Shown: positions 39,816 through 53,019 of the stretch, one piece after another
How positions within the stretch are numbered: position 1 is the first letter of the stretch
Layout of the letters: each line of letters begins with the position of its first letter
Assembly (NCBI RefSeq): GCF_009834535.1
Contig: NC_045707.1
Span: 50,656,001 to 50,720,000 of the forward strand
DNA: 64,000 nt
Source: Camelus ferus
Lineage: Eukaryota
Direction of reading: 5' to 3'
Notes under the pieces: model-generated
What the model was told of the DNA's origin: nothing
The model's input: the letters and a program-made list of their open reading frames with translations, nothing else
Databases searched by the model: none
Made by a program: the position numbers and the translations under genes

Positions 39816-41674
39816 AATAAATCTATATAATAATAAAACCATTGGACATCTGACATTCATTGAACAATTTTAAATGCCTTTAACTGAATATTTGATCTCT
39901 GTTGCAAGAAGAATGTTTACAACTTTAGAAGAATTTATAGAGAAGGAAAAATAACATTTGGAGGGCTGAACAGTGCCTGAAAATATTTCACTTATTTTTC
40001 AAAAGATCAATTCTCTTTTTATTTCCCAACTCTTGCTTCAAATTTTTTCACAGTGCAGAAACTACCTACTGTTAGCCCTGAGGCCTATAGTATCAAGGCT
40101 ACAAACATTTCTAGTTAATGAAACAACATTACGATAGTATTCTTCCAGTAATATATTTGTTTGGACAGTACCCAAAACTTGATCTCAACTTCATCTTATG
40201 TTTTAGTAATGATGCAATTTTTATAATACAGCACTTTCATCACGAAAGGGAATAGACAATAAAAAATGAAAAGCTCTTCTGTAGATCCTATGATCTAAGA
40301 GTAGCCAGTTATTTTAAATTCAAATTATAGGCAAAAAATGAGAAGTACCATAAATAGGCAATTTGAGATTTTTATTTGTTGGTTTTGTTTTGTTTTGATT
40401 TTTACCAATGGGTAGCACTGATGCCCCTTTGCTAGGAACTCAGACCTTTTTTAACTCAAAAGATGAAGCAAAAGACGCCCCCCAGTCTGACTGTTCAGGT
40501 TTAGGAAGCGCATCAATCACAGATTCACCAGAGTGCAGCTACTCTGCAGCCCTCAGTGGGGCGGTGACCAAAGAACTCTCTGAGTAACAGGCAGCAGAAT
40601 CAGAAGTGGCTGCAGAATTTAAGAGCTATTTAAGATTCAATCACTATGCATTGAGTCTCTACTCTGTAGACACTAAGATGCTGTTTCTATTTATTACCAT
40701 TTTGAAAGTAAAATTTAATTCAGCAACTAAAGCAGCCAGTGAAGCAAGAACAGCCAAGTAATGAAAGAGAAAGCAAGCAGGACAACATCAGGATATGCAT
40801 GGCCCCAAAGAGCTCAAGAGTGTAAGAACTGTCAGAATGAGAAACAGATTTTAAGAGGATTTGCAGAGAGGGCAGCAAAGCCCTAACAAATACTAAAAAC
40901 TGAGCACTCAGCCACTCCTAAGAGGGTGAAGTTTAAATCCTTAGTAACACATAAAAAGACGATTATGGGGGTGGAAATGAAGGGGACTAACAGAGTTAAA
41001 TATCTTTTGTATGCCAAGTATTAAACTAGACACGATTTCATACAGACTCTACAACAACTTTGGGAGGTAGATACTGCTTCTGTGTTACAGATGAAAACAC
41101 TGAAGAAAAGAGGAATTAAATAATTTCTTTAAAGAAACATAGTAGACAAGTGAGGAAGGCAGGACTATTTACCAGGCATTTATTCATAAATTCAACAAAT
41201 ATTTATGTACCTTCTATGTGCCAGGCACTTGCACCTACTCAGTTGTAGTCAAAGTCCTTAATAAATTTTTAAACAGGAATTCTAAAACTAGTAAAGCTAT
41301 AAAAGAAGGAACTGAAAACACAAGAAAAGTAGTACGAAGAAAGAATAAGCTGATTTGGAAAATGACTAAACAGAACTTCTAAAAATGAAAAGTAAGGTCA
41401 CTGAATTTTTTTTTTTCATGTAGTAGATAGGCTCATAAAATAACAGATACTTTTGGGCACTTACTGTGTTACAGTTCTGAGCATCCACTTACTTTGTCCT
41501 TATCACTCAGCTTTGAGGTTGTTATTATCCTTATCCACAGCACACAGATACACGAAAATGTGGAGGAACTCACCCAGAGTTACACGGCCAATTGGAGATG
41601 CCAGAATTTGAACCTGGCATTGCAAGGTCTACAGTATTTTTAAAAAAAGAAAAAAAGCTGAATCTATACAAAAA

Positions 41675-42460
41675 TAGAGATATATTTCATATACTATACA
41701 ATTCACCCATTTAAAGTATACAGTTAAATGGGTTTTAGTAAGTTTACAGAGTTGTGCAATCATCATCATAATCTAATTTTAGACATTTTCATCACCCGCA
41801 AAACAAAACCCATGCCCATCCTCCGCTCCCCATTTCTAGGCAACCATGAAACTACTTTCTGTAGTTTTGCCTATTCTGGACATTTCATACAAATGAAATC
41901 ATACAATAGTACAATATGTGTCTTTTGTGACTGGCTGCCCTCACTTAGCATAATGTTTGAAAGATTCATCCATGTTGTAGCATGCATCAATATTTCATTC
42001 TTTTTTATTGTCAAATAATTTTTATTCTGTGAATAGACCACATTTAATTTATTCATTGATTAGTTGATGGGTATTGAAATTGTTTCCAATTTTTGTTTTA
42101 AGCTGAATAACTCTGTATGAATAATGCAGGTATGCATGTTCATGTACAAGTTTTTATATACATATGATTCCATTCCTCTTGAGTATATATATATGAGTAG
42201 AATTACTGGGTGATATGCAACTTTATGTTTAACATTTTGAAGAACTACCAAACTGTTTTTTAAAGTGGCTACACCATTTTACATTCATTTTATATTTTAG
42301 CATGTGTGAAGTGATATCACATTGTGGTATTGATTTGCATTTCCCTATTGACTAATGATGTTGGACATCTTTTCATGTGCTTATTGGCCATTAGTATATT
42401 TTCTCTGGAGAAATCTCTATTGAGATCCTTTGCTTATATTCTGGATACCTATCATTTGCA
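41675..42460 (-). mobile_element. L1 3' end (L1MB-like)
   Basis: ORF 41871-42056 contains IKKNEILMHATTWMNLSNIMLSEGSQSQK; 3' UTR attcacccatttaaagtatacag. Confidence 0.9.
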
Positions 42461-42959
42461 TTGCCTTCAACCTAGCCCTTAGCAAGAAGTCTGAGGATGG
42501 GATAGCAAGACAAAACAGGGAAAGGGAGGTAGTTATCATTAAACAAACAAGCAAAGAAAAACCATACAGCCTGTGATGTGAAGTCCTCTGCTGTGAGACT
42601 CGCCAAGACCAGAACACCAGAACTGATAGAAATATCATCCCAGAAGAGACAAAATAAATGACTGTGTAAGAGAGACAAACAAAATCAAAGCTTTAGATTA
42701 TGTCAGCTCTCCCCTACCCTTCTACTAATAATTCTTGAACAAATGACTGGCCTTATTCAAACATGAGTAATAGTAAGAAATGACCCACCCAATAAAAACA
42801 TCTTTGGGCAGATACTGTCCCCAAAGGAAAACATCAACTAAGTAAAAGGAAGATCCAGAAAAATCTCTCATAGAATAATTGCCCCTCCCACCTATTCTCC
42901 CAAAAGGTTAAAAGTCCCACCTACCCTCCCAAAAGGTTAAAAGTCTTACCAAATACTTC

Positions 42960-43900
42960 TGCTAGGTTCAAAGAAATCACAAATAAGATGATCAGTCTTT
43001 TAAAATAACTTTTAAAGACATACATATATTTAAGGAAGTGATTATTAGATAAGGGAAGTGAAAAGCAAGATGAAAGAAGCCAGAAGAGGAATGTATGAGA
43101 AAGACAGAAATCTGACAGAGTTGAAAGTTTTTACAGTAGAATAAACCAAAAAAGAATAAACACGACAAAATGGAGTAAGAGATATTCTAGGCCAGTCTGA
43201 GGTAATCACCAGCATGAAACATCATAAATATATGAAATATATATTTATTAAAAAGATGATGAGACTGATGAAAATATGCATATAATAGGCATTCCTATAA
43301 AAGATAATTTATGTAATACCCAAATTATTTAAACCTTTAACAAAAGGAAATTTACTTAATAAACAAAACACACTTCTGGCCCAGGAAACATCAACACAGA
43401 AATACAAATACATAGACATGTCTTAGTAAAATTACTAAACATTCAGGATACAATAGGAAAATATAACTCTTCAGAAAGGAAGAGATGATGCACAATGAGA
43501 GCTACCACCCATATGGCCTCAGACTATTCTACTGTAACACTCCGTATCTGAGGACAGGAAAAAGCTGTCTATAAAATGTTTAGGGAAAGAAAGTGATGTA
43601 ACAATTTTATGCCCAACAAAGTGGTCTATTGTGTGTAAGAGCCAGAAAGAACACAGCACTCGTGAGCCCTTCTTGTAAAATTATTGGCCAGTGAAAACCA
43701 GCCAACTGATAGATGACTCACAATAATAACCTCAGGTGAGAAGTCATGGTCAAAAGACTAATAAAAACCCTAAATCTATTTAATTGTAGAACTCAACATG
43801 GGAATAATGGGTACAGGCAGAATTCAGGTGTTATAAGCTTTGACAATATTTCATTAATAAAATAATATTTCAAAAGCTGGTGATAAGGAGAGGGGAAGGT
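42960..43900 (+). mobile_element. HAL1 / ancient L1 ORF1-like remnant
   Basis: agacatgtcttagtaaaattact, tggcctcagactattct, acagcactcgtgagcccttcttg resemble HAL1. Confidence 0.55.
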
Positions 43901-43927
43901 GGCAGTCTCTTAAGTGTATTTTATATA

Positions 43928-44425
43928 TGGGTACAACTCAGAGATATTGCGGGTTCAGTTCAGCTCACCACAATAAAGTGCATATTGCAATATAAAGTGA
44001 GTCACATGAATTTTTTGGTTTCCCAGTGCATATGAAAGTTATTTTTTTAAAGTTATGTTTACACTATACTGTAGTCTACTGAGTGTGAAATAGCATTAGG
44101 TCTAAAAAAAGCAATGTACATACCTTAATTTAGAAAAACACTTCATTGCTAAAAAGTGCTAACCATCATCAAACTTTTGCAATAGTAAGTAGCATCAAAG
44201 ATTACTGATCACAGATCACCATAACAAATATAATAATAATGCAAAATCCTGAAATCTTGTAAGAATTATCAAAATGTGACACAGAGACACAAAGTGAGCA
44301 ACTGTTGGAAAAATGGTGCTGAGAGACTTGCCTGAAGCAGGGTTGTTACAAAACTTTAATTTGTAAAAAACACAATTATCTGCAAAGCACAATAAAGTGA
44401 AGTTCAACAAAATGAGGCATGCCTC
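43928..44425 (-). mobile_element. Tigger1 internal-deletion derivative (~500 bp)
   Basis: Both Tigger1 ends present: ctcagagatattgcgggttcagtt...caataaagtg and tctgcaaagcacaataaagtgaagttcaacaaaatgaggcatgcct; no transposase. Confidence 0.9.
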
Positions 44426-47400
44426 CAGGTTTTTTCTTCCAGTTTTTTCTTAACTAGTAATTTTTCACAATAAGAATTTCAAGGAAATTTTAAAAGTAAA
44501 TTTTAAGAGAAAAAGATCCTTCATTTTAAGGAAAGTGATGACAGAATTTCATCAAGTGGTATGATGTATCTTACTGGATTTGAGTAAATATTATATTTAA
44601 TTAAGCCATTTGTATCACTATTTTATTTGGAGAGAAAAATTAGGTATAAAATAACATTTCAAATCAGCATATACCTATTAAGCATGTATTGGTATAAAAT
44701 TTATCTCCTTTAATTTAATATAATTAATTGCATTAATAGATTTCTTGATATTGTGCTGTCTTCACACTCCTTGAACAAGTTCAGTTTGAATCAAGGTGTA
44801 TCCTTTGATGGGCTGCTTAATTTTGCTGACTAACAATTATTTAGAATTTTCATATTTATATCCATATACATATATACATTTTGGGGATGCTGTAGCATCT
44901 TATCAAGAAAATACCGGCCTCATAAACCTTATGAGAGATTTTTATCTTTTTCTAGGCTTTAACATGGTTTAAATAACAGTATACTTATCTAATTTTTAAA
45001 CAGTCTTTTTTATGGTGCATCTTACATCATCTTCTAAATCTCTTCTATAATTATTATCTGCTCAAGTTTTCTAATTTTACTTGTTAGTTTTGGTAATTTC
45101 TTCAAAAATCACCCAGTTCCTTTGGCTAGAAAATCACCCACTTTCCCTTGGCTTTCAAATTTATTGCTATAGAATTGCAAGTAAAATTCTCATAATCACG
45201 TCCAAACCTTTTGTTATATTTCCTTTCCTTGATCCCAACCCAACACACCAAATGAAATCATTAAAATTCTTTTACTGCCCCTACTCTACACACACCTACA
45301 TATAAGATCTCTAGAACAATGATTCCTTAATTCCTGGGTTTCGCTAATCTACAATGAAGGTGCAGCTTGTTTGGTTTAGATTCTTAAGTCATAAAATTTC
45401 ACACAGGCAAAATTATCCTTGATTATCTTTGACCACAAGGTAAAGTCATTGTCTTGATTTTACAAGCCACATTGTTTGAATAATATGTACCTTTAAACAC
45501 TAGACTCATTCAACAATAGAGACACACATACACTGTCAGAGGCATGTGGGAAAGGTCACTGAGAGAAGGAATAATGGAGTCATAGCTTCCTTTTCACACT
45601 CATTCAGGGGTATCTGCTTATTAAGTTACATGAAGGATGAAATTGGTAGCAAATATTTAAACCTTTTCTCTCTCTTTCTCTCCCTCCCTCCCCCTACTTC
45701 CACACCAAAAAAAATTTAACTCACTGCAATTGTTGGGTTTCTCATTGCACAATATTAATACATGAAATATCATCTATTTCAAATTTAAAAATACATAGTC
45801 ACAGCATCACTTTCAATTTACTACCTATCACTTTTTCTTCTTAGATATTCAGCTCAGCTCTTCTTTGATTTTCATTTAGTTAGGGCACAGAATGAGTATA
45901 TTTGTTAGATAAAGTATAAAGTGGTATACTCCTGAACTCATAAATTTTTGGAGATGTCTTTCTTTGGTCTAGTTTGACAGATTATTTCTTGGCTGGGTAT
46001 ATGATTCTTGAACTGCAGTCTCTCAGTCATCTATTAAAGTAATCCTGCTGTTTTCTAGTAAAGTACCCAGTGTTGTAAATGATACGTTCAGTATTGGAAA
46101 GCTGCTAGTTTCTTTCCAGGTTATCAATTCTCTGGAAACATCTAAGATTTCCTTTTTATTCTTGAAATTCTTAAAAGCCACCAAGATAGGCCTTGGCATA
46201 TGACTTTGTAAATAAATGCTTTCTGTTTCTCAGGAGGGTTTTCCAATCAGCTGACTCAAGTCCATTCTCAATCCAGTCAATTTTTCTTGTATTATTTATT
46301 AACACTCAATTGCATTTTCCCCTATTTTCATATGTGTGTTTTCAGAATACGTTCTCTAAGATTCTTATCTTTTGTTTAATGATATTCAGCACTGTGTATT
46401 TTTGCTCTGTATTGTTATAATTTTCTACCACTTGATCTTCAGGAAAAAGAAAACCTTGTTCCTCATCACTGACTCTCCACTTTAGTAGGCATAGAAAGGT
46501 TTTTGGCATGTGATCTCAATTGCAACTACTAACTTGTTAAAATTGTCAATACTGACTTGTTAAAATTGTCTTCTGACTCTTCCACTGATTCTGCTACAAA
46601 GGGAGTCGCTGATTCTTCCTCTCCATCACTGGGTCTCCTTAATTAAGTTGTTATTTTTCTTTGCCTGTGGATTTATATTATCCCCATAGGACTTGTACAA
46701 TTCAGGCAGTGATGATATCTTCATCATTGCTCTTTACCAGGATAGAGCCACTGTCCAGAGAGTGGCAAAAGGCATGACATTTTGTACTCGATGGCTGGCA
46801 GTAAAAGCATTGGCAGTTGTTAATACTCTGATGAGGTACAGAGAAGCAATCTAGTTTCTAGTTTCCTCCTCTTGTAAGCAATGACTCTGTCCAAATTCTA
46901 GAGTCAGGAGCAACTCGGCTACAGTGCACCTTGCCTCCAGGCTCACAGGGATTGCCAGGTGTGTGTGGACCCTTCTTGAAAAACACACAGGAAGAAGGCA
47001 GGTGCTGCTACTCCCTGAGCCAGACTAAAGGTGTCTCTTTAGTGACCCTGTCAGGGTCCAGGAAAGCCAGGTCTCCCTCTCAAGCTTCATGCTTCTCTTC
47101 TGCCATCAATCTCTGGACAAGTAATACCTATACTTGTGTAGGTTGATACCGACTAAATATTTGTTCAGTGAGTTACTTAATATCACGTGAGTTTGTCTGA
47201 GAGCCACGACAATGATCCTGGTCTCCTTGCTCTTCCCACTATAAGCTGTTTCATCTTGATACCATGCTGTTGTCCTCATGGTTAAGGTGGGTAAACTAAC
47301 TCTGCTTGCCATGTTGTGGTCTTTCTCTGCACATGCGTTCACATAACACATGTTATCCAGGTGTGACTCTTCGACTGATTTGCAGAGTCACCTCTGGAAA

Positions 47401-48089
47401 TAGGTTTCAGCCTTCTTGTGCCTCAGTTTCTCTAAAAGTAAAATGAGTGTAAAAATGACATTTATATATAAGGGCTTTGATCTTATAAAAATGTAAAATG
47501 TCATTACTTTAATATTAGGTTTTGTGATTGTTAAAAATATAATAACACACTGTACTCCTTTAGTGCCTTCCATCTGAGAATGCCAAAGTGTTTCATAAAC
47601 TTTTACTAATTAATCCTCTTAGTACCATTATAAGGTTGAAACAGTATTATTGTCTCTATTTTATGGATTGGAAACAGATGATCACTGGATTATAGACTAA
47701 AGCGCAGACTCCAGTTAGGGAAATGGCAGAGCAAGAGCAAAAGTAACTTTGTCTGGGCTTTGTTCTTAAGGATGCCCAGCCCATCGAAGGGCCTCTCTCT
47801 TCATGACAAATAATTACACACCATAAAACTTTTATTTTTCCCTCAAGGCAGAAGAAAATACATCCTACTCTTTCTTCCCTTCTCCTGAATATAACCTTGG
47901 CCCAAGGGAAAGAAGTAGAAGAGCCTCCTCATTTCTCTGCATCTCAGGAATACAGATCTCCCAAAGGCAGACCCTAGAGAAGATGCTCACAGGTTTTTTT
48001 AGCAGTTTGTATAGACATGGTTTGTGTAAAAACTCATTGTACAGCAACACACCTCAGTAATATATTATTTTTAATAATGAAAATGCTTT

Positions 48090-49175
48090 CATACATTCAC
48101 TGATTCAATAAGTATTCATTAAGCATCCACTGTTCTAGGCAATGGAGATAGAACAGTAAATAGAACAATTGTTGCCTTCAAAAAACTTAACATTTCAAAG
48201 GGCATGGAGCTGGGAAGAGACAATAAGCAAAGAACTGTATATGTGGTAGGGAAAGCTAAGGTGAAAAACAAAACAAAGCAGGGAAAAAAAGAGAAACGGG
48301 GAGGCCATGCTATTCTATATAGATATCAAGGAGTTGGCATTTAAACAGAGGCATAAAGGAAGTAGAAGGGCCAGACTATAAGTGAGGGGAGATTTTTCTG
48401 GCAAAAAGAACAAGGGCAAAGGTCATGAGAAAAGAGTGTGCTTGGCATATGTCCAGATCAACAAGGAGGCCACAGTGGCCTGAGAAAAGCAAACAAGAAG
48501 AAGAGTTAGATAACATTAGAGACAGGGGCACAGGATGGAGTAGCACTTGGATCATATGAGGTCTTATTGGCCATGGGAAGGGTTTCCATTTTTATTCAGT
48601 GATCAGAGAAGCAACTGTTGGTTTTGAGCAGAGGAGTGACATGATCTGACCTACATGTTTAAAAGGCCACTCTAGCTGCCATGTGGACAATAGACCACAA
48701 GGATGGAAGCAAGAGGTTGTTGCAATACCCTAGACTTGAAGCAAAGTGCAGCAATGAGACCCCAGAGGAAATAGTAAATAGCTGGTTGTATGAGTCTTGA
48801 ATGCAAAGAGGAGGGCCAGGCTGGGTATATCTATGTGGGGTGGATGAGGTCACCAAGTGAACGAATGCCAGAGGAGAGAAGTGCAAAGCTGAGGCCTCAG
48901 AGGTACATCAACGTGGATAAGTGGGAAACTGAGGCAGATCCCACAAAGAAGACTCAGGAGCAACCAGAGAGGTAAGAGATGAACCCGGAGAGCAGTGCCC
49001 TGGAGGCCAAGTGAAAAAAAAAAGTTACAAAGAAGAGAGTATCACCAATTACATGAAATGCTGCTAAGCCAAAAAAGGCCTGAAAATTGACCATTAAATA
49101 GTGTAGGATTGGTCTCACTAGAAATCTTTGAAAGAATAATTTCAAGAGAATAATGAGAATAAAAGTATGATTGTA
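48090..49175 (-). mobile_element. L2 LINE remnant
   Basis: ttcaataagtattcattaagcatccactgttctaggcaatggagatag; ttttgagcagaggagtgacatgatctgacctacatgtttaaaaggccactctagctgc. Confidence 0.85.
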
Positions 49176-49814
49176 GTTTGATAAGTTTTCTTTGCAAAAA
49201 TCTCTTTTCTCGCCCTGGCTTTCTGAATTCTGTGGTACTTAGGTCTCCTTCTTTTTACCAGAGAAATTTTCTCCAATTTTGCACAGCTCTGACTTACCTT
49301 GAACTCCTAATCCTAATTCTTTGTTGTTCTTTTGTTTGTTTTTGTTTTGACTATTGGCTAGTAGAATGTTATTTCACATTTCATTCAACAAATACTTAAT
49401 CGGTACCTGAAAAACATTTTCTTAAAGAGTCATAATCAATTATGCTTAATATTTGAAAATTAGTGACAGATAATGGATATTCAAGAAAAACATTATTTTG
49501 GTAATATTATTGTTTTCATGTAGTATTTCTTCTCATCACAGATCTAAACTGCTGCAAGCATAATCCACTGCAATAAAGTGGCTGGCTACAGAATACCCTT
49601 AGGTTAAGCAAAATTTGGGAAGCAAAAAATTCAGATAAGCCACAGAAACTCTCCCTCTACGTACACCTCAACATAGACTTGCATATTGTAAAACATATGT
49701 GTTGGGTAATAGGAAATCACTCTCCAAATTCTCCAAACCCTTCTCTAGGCACTTAAACACTAGGCAAGCAATTATGGTAGAAAGCTGGGCAACTCCCACT
49801 TAGAGGCAGCAGGG

Positions 49815-50035
49815 TATCACGAATCTGAAGCCACCTGCTCAGTTTAATCCTGGGACCACTCATCTGCTGCATGACCTTGCACAAGTTGTTTAAACTCTGT
49901 GCCCTGATTTCTTTATCTGTAAAATGGCATAGTATTCATGTCTAACATATAGGATAATGAGTGGTTTAAAATGAATTAATATATGTAATACCCTTGAAAC
50001 ACTGCCTGATACATAGTGCAAGTGCACAATAGAAC
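49815..50035 (+). mobile_element. MIR SINE
   Basis: tgaccttgcacaagttgtttaaactctgtgccctgatttctttatctgtaaaatggc. Confidence 0.85.
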
Positions 50036-50074
50036 TTGTAACTGAGAAAATGGTCTGGATAAAAGAGAGGGAGT

Positions 50075-50300
50075 TTTTATCATAAATGGGCATTGAATTT
50101 TATCAAATGCTTTTTCTGCATGTATTGAGATGATCATGTGATTTTTGTTCTTCCCTTGTTGATGTGGTGTATCGCATTGACTGATTTGTGTATGTTAAAC
50201 CATCCTTGCGTCCCTGGGATGAACCCAACTTGATCATGGTGTATAATCTTTTTTATGTGTTGTTGGATTTTGTTTGCTAATAGTTTGTTGAGGATTTTGT
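50075..50300 (-). mobile_element. Inverted 5' segment of a young L1 (RT domain)
   Basis: Minus strand gcagaaaaagcatttgataaaattcaatgcccatttatgataaaa encodes [15 protein letters not shown] of the L1 RT. Confidence 0.93.
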
Positions 50301-51153
50301 ATTAATTATCAGAGAAATGCAAATCAAAACTACAATGAGGTATCACCTCACACCAGGCAGAATGGCTATCATTAAAAAGTCCACAAATGATAAATGCTAA
50401 AGAGGGTGTGGAGAAAAGGGAACCCTCCTAAACTGTTGGTGGGAATGTAGTTTGGTGCAGCCGTTATGGAAAACAGTATGGAGATTCCTCAAAAGACTGA
50501 AAATAGACTTACCTTATGATCCAGCAATCCCACTCCTGGGCATATATCCAGAGGGAACCTTAATTCAAAAAGATATATGCACCCCAATGCTCATAACAGC
50601 ACTATTTACAAGAGCCAAGACATGGAAACAACCTGTCTATAAACAGATGACTGGATAAAGAAGTTGTGGTATATTTGTACAATGGAATACTACTAGGCCA
50701 TAGAAAAGAATAAAATAATGCCACTTGCAGCAACATGGGTGGACCTGAGATCGTCATTCTAAGTGACGTAAGCCAAAAAGAGAAAGAAAAGTACCATATG
50801 ATACCACTTATACGTGGAATCTAAAAAAAAAAGACAAACGAACTTATTTATAAAACAGAAACAGACTCACAGACATAGAAAACAAACTTACGGTTACTGG
50901 GGGTGAAGGGGTGGGAAGGGATAAATTGGGAGTTTAAGATTTGAAGATACTAATATATATAAAATAGATAAACAACAAGATTACAGTATATAGCACAGGG
51001 AACTATATTCAATATCTTGTAGTAACTTATGGTGAAAAAGAATATGAAAACAAACAAATGTATGTTCGTGTATGACTGAAGCATTATGCTGTACACCAGA
51101 AGTTGACACAACATTGTAAATTGACTATACTTCAAAAAAAATACAAAAAAAAA
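50301..51153 (+). mobile_element. Young L1 3' segment with A tail
   Basis: ORF 50452-50658 ([12 protein letters not shown]...[12 protein letters not shown]); TSD agagagggagt at 50064-50074 and 51155-51165 brackets both segments. Confidence 0.97.
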
Positions 51154-51340
51154 GAGAGAGGGAGTGATAAAACTGACCCATTTTCCAATGGGGAATCAGA
51201 TACTGAGACTAGCCCTTCTGGTGAATATTTTAAAAATCTTTGAAAATGTATTCAGCCAGCTGGAAAGAAATCAAGAAATCTCTAGAGGCCAAATACGAAG
51301 CCAAAGCAAGAACCCAAAAAGTTAAGTGGATTTCCATCCC

Positions 51341-52505
51341 ATCTTAGCTCAGATTCCCTAAAAGAATCAGAGGCAGGAATTCAGATGCACGTATATAGTC
51401 TCAGCTAATGTCTAGTTTTTGTCTGAAACAGAGAGCAGAGAGGGCAAGAGAGCTGGGGCATGAATTTCACTGCAGTACTGTTCCTCCTAAGGCAAAAGGA
51501 CCAGATTTTTGAGCCCCTGTATAGGTCAGTTGTCTATGGGCTGATAGAGGCAATCTTATGAGTGAGGCAGCTCCCATCAGCCATAATGGGGACAATTCTT
51601 GAAAAAAGAGAGGCAGCTGTGAACTTTTAACAGCCAACTCATATCAGCTATGGAATAGAAGCATCAGCCAAGTAAAAGGATCTGAAGAGAGGACTCTTTC
51701 AATACCACAGAGACTATTACACCCCTCCACTTGCACTGCTCAGATGCATTTGCTTCTCCCATCAAATTCACTCTAACTGGGTAATGTCTCCAGGGTACTA
51801 TGATCATAATTCCCAGGAAAATTTAGGAAGGAAGTATTATTGGAATAGCTACAGCTGATTTCTGAGAGAAAACTGATAATTATCTTCTAGCTTCCCATCA
51901 ATCTAGGATTGCACTTCTGCAATCTAATGTCTTCCCTAGTGGGGTGACCCAGAATCTCATCCCTGGGCAGTTGAAACCCTGGTTATCATGGCCCCATCAG
52001 GCCATGATTGCTTTACATGCCTAAACTAAACTAACATGGGGCACAAAGAAACCAAAAAATGCCCCAGTGGTACACTATTGTAACTAAATACATTCTACTA
52101 GCCACAACACAGAACAGCAGTCATACCACCTCATGAAGGTCAGGATCAATTATACCTGCCAGAACACCTCCTTTCTGTGCCCACTGTTCTACAGGCACAG
52201 GGAACTCAAAATGACCAGATGACAGCTTCATCTTTAAATTCAGGCAGACTCTTTAACTCTATCCCTTGGTGGCAGCACTCCATCCCCACTACTAGCCAAA
52301 ACCTCTAAACCCACTGAGCCTAAGCTTGTTCTTGGAAACAAGAAACACAAATTCTCCCCAGGCAGTTTACTGGGAGGGAGAGTACATGGAGCCACTTCTA
52401 TTTTCCCCTCTTGATTTCTGAACATATTTATTCTACCTATTCACATTACTAAATAGCAGCTGTTGGTTTAAGGAGTGTACTACATCTTAAAGAATAGCCC
52501 TATAA
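51341..52505 (-). mobile_element. ERVL remnant: LTR16-type LTR (~51341-51709) plus adjacent internal sequence
   Basis: tcttagctcagattccctaaaagaatcagaggcaggaattc LTR end, followed by acccctccacttgcactgctcagatgcatttgcttctcccatcaaattcactc, resembling ERV3-16A3-type internal sequence. Confidence 0.55.
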
Positions 52506-52509
52506 TGCA

Positions 52510-52917
52510 TGTCTTAGTGCCCCAGCCAGATCTTGGCTGGTAACAAATCACATCTGCTCCATCACTAGAAAATAGCCTTCAGCCAACAGGAGCCACTTGG
52601 CCCAGGAGGCTGTGTACTCTTCCATTATGAGGAGGAGGGGGTAGACTTCAGCCAATGACTGACACAAGGTACAAAACGTCATCACCCTTGCTCAAGATAG
52701 AGCTAACTCCAGTGATACAATTTGTGTTCCAGACCTTCCAATGGGATTGGATGGAAACTAGTCTCCAGCCAAAACCAGAGTCTTGCTTAGCTTTTCCCCG
52801 CTGCCCTCTCCAGCTTCAGTCAGGGCCTTTCTTCTGAGAACAGTCCCCTAATAAATCACTTGAACTGGAGTTTTTTTTTTTTTCATGCTTTACCTCTAGG
52901 GAACTGGACCAAAGCTA
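52510..52917 (+). mobile_element. LTR16A-like ERVL LTR
   Basis: gagaacagtcccctaataaatcacttgaac...ctctagggaactggaccaaag; aagatagagctaactccagtgatacaatttgtgttccaga. Confidence 0.65.
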
Positions 52918-53019
52918 GCATCTCACCCTTTCAAAGCAATATTTCTATGCATACAATGGATATGATGTCAAGAAGCCAAACCACCACCTGATGAGCACTG
53001 AAGAACACCACTGCCATGA

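Noticed and set aside
40410..40570. GC-rich CTCF-like motifs
   Set aside because: Spacing and core bases do not fit the consensus well enough.
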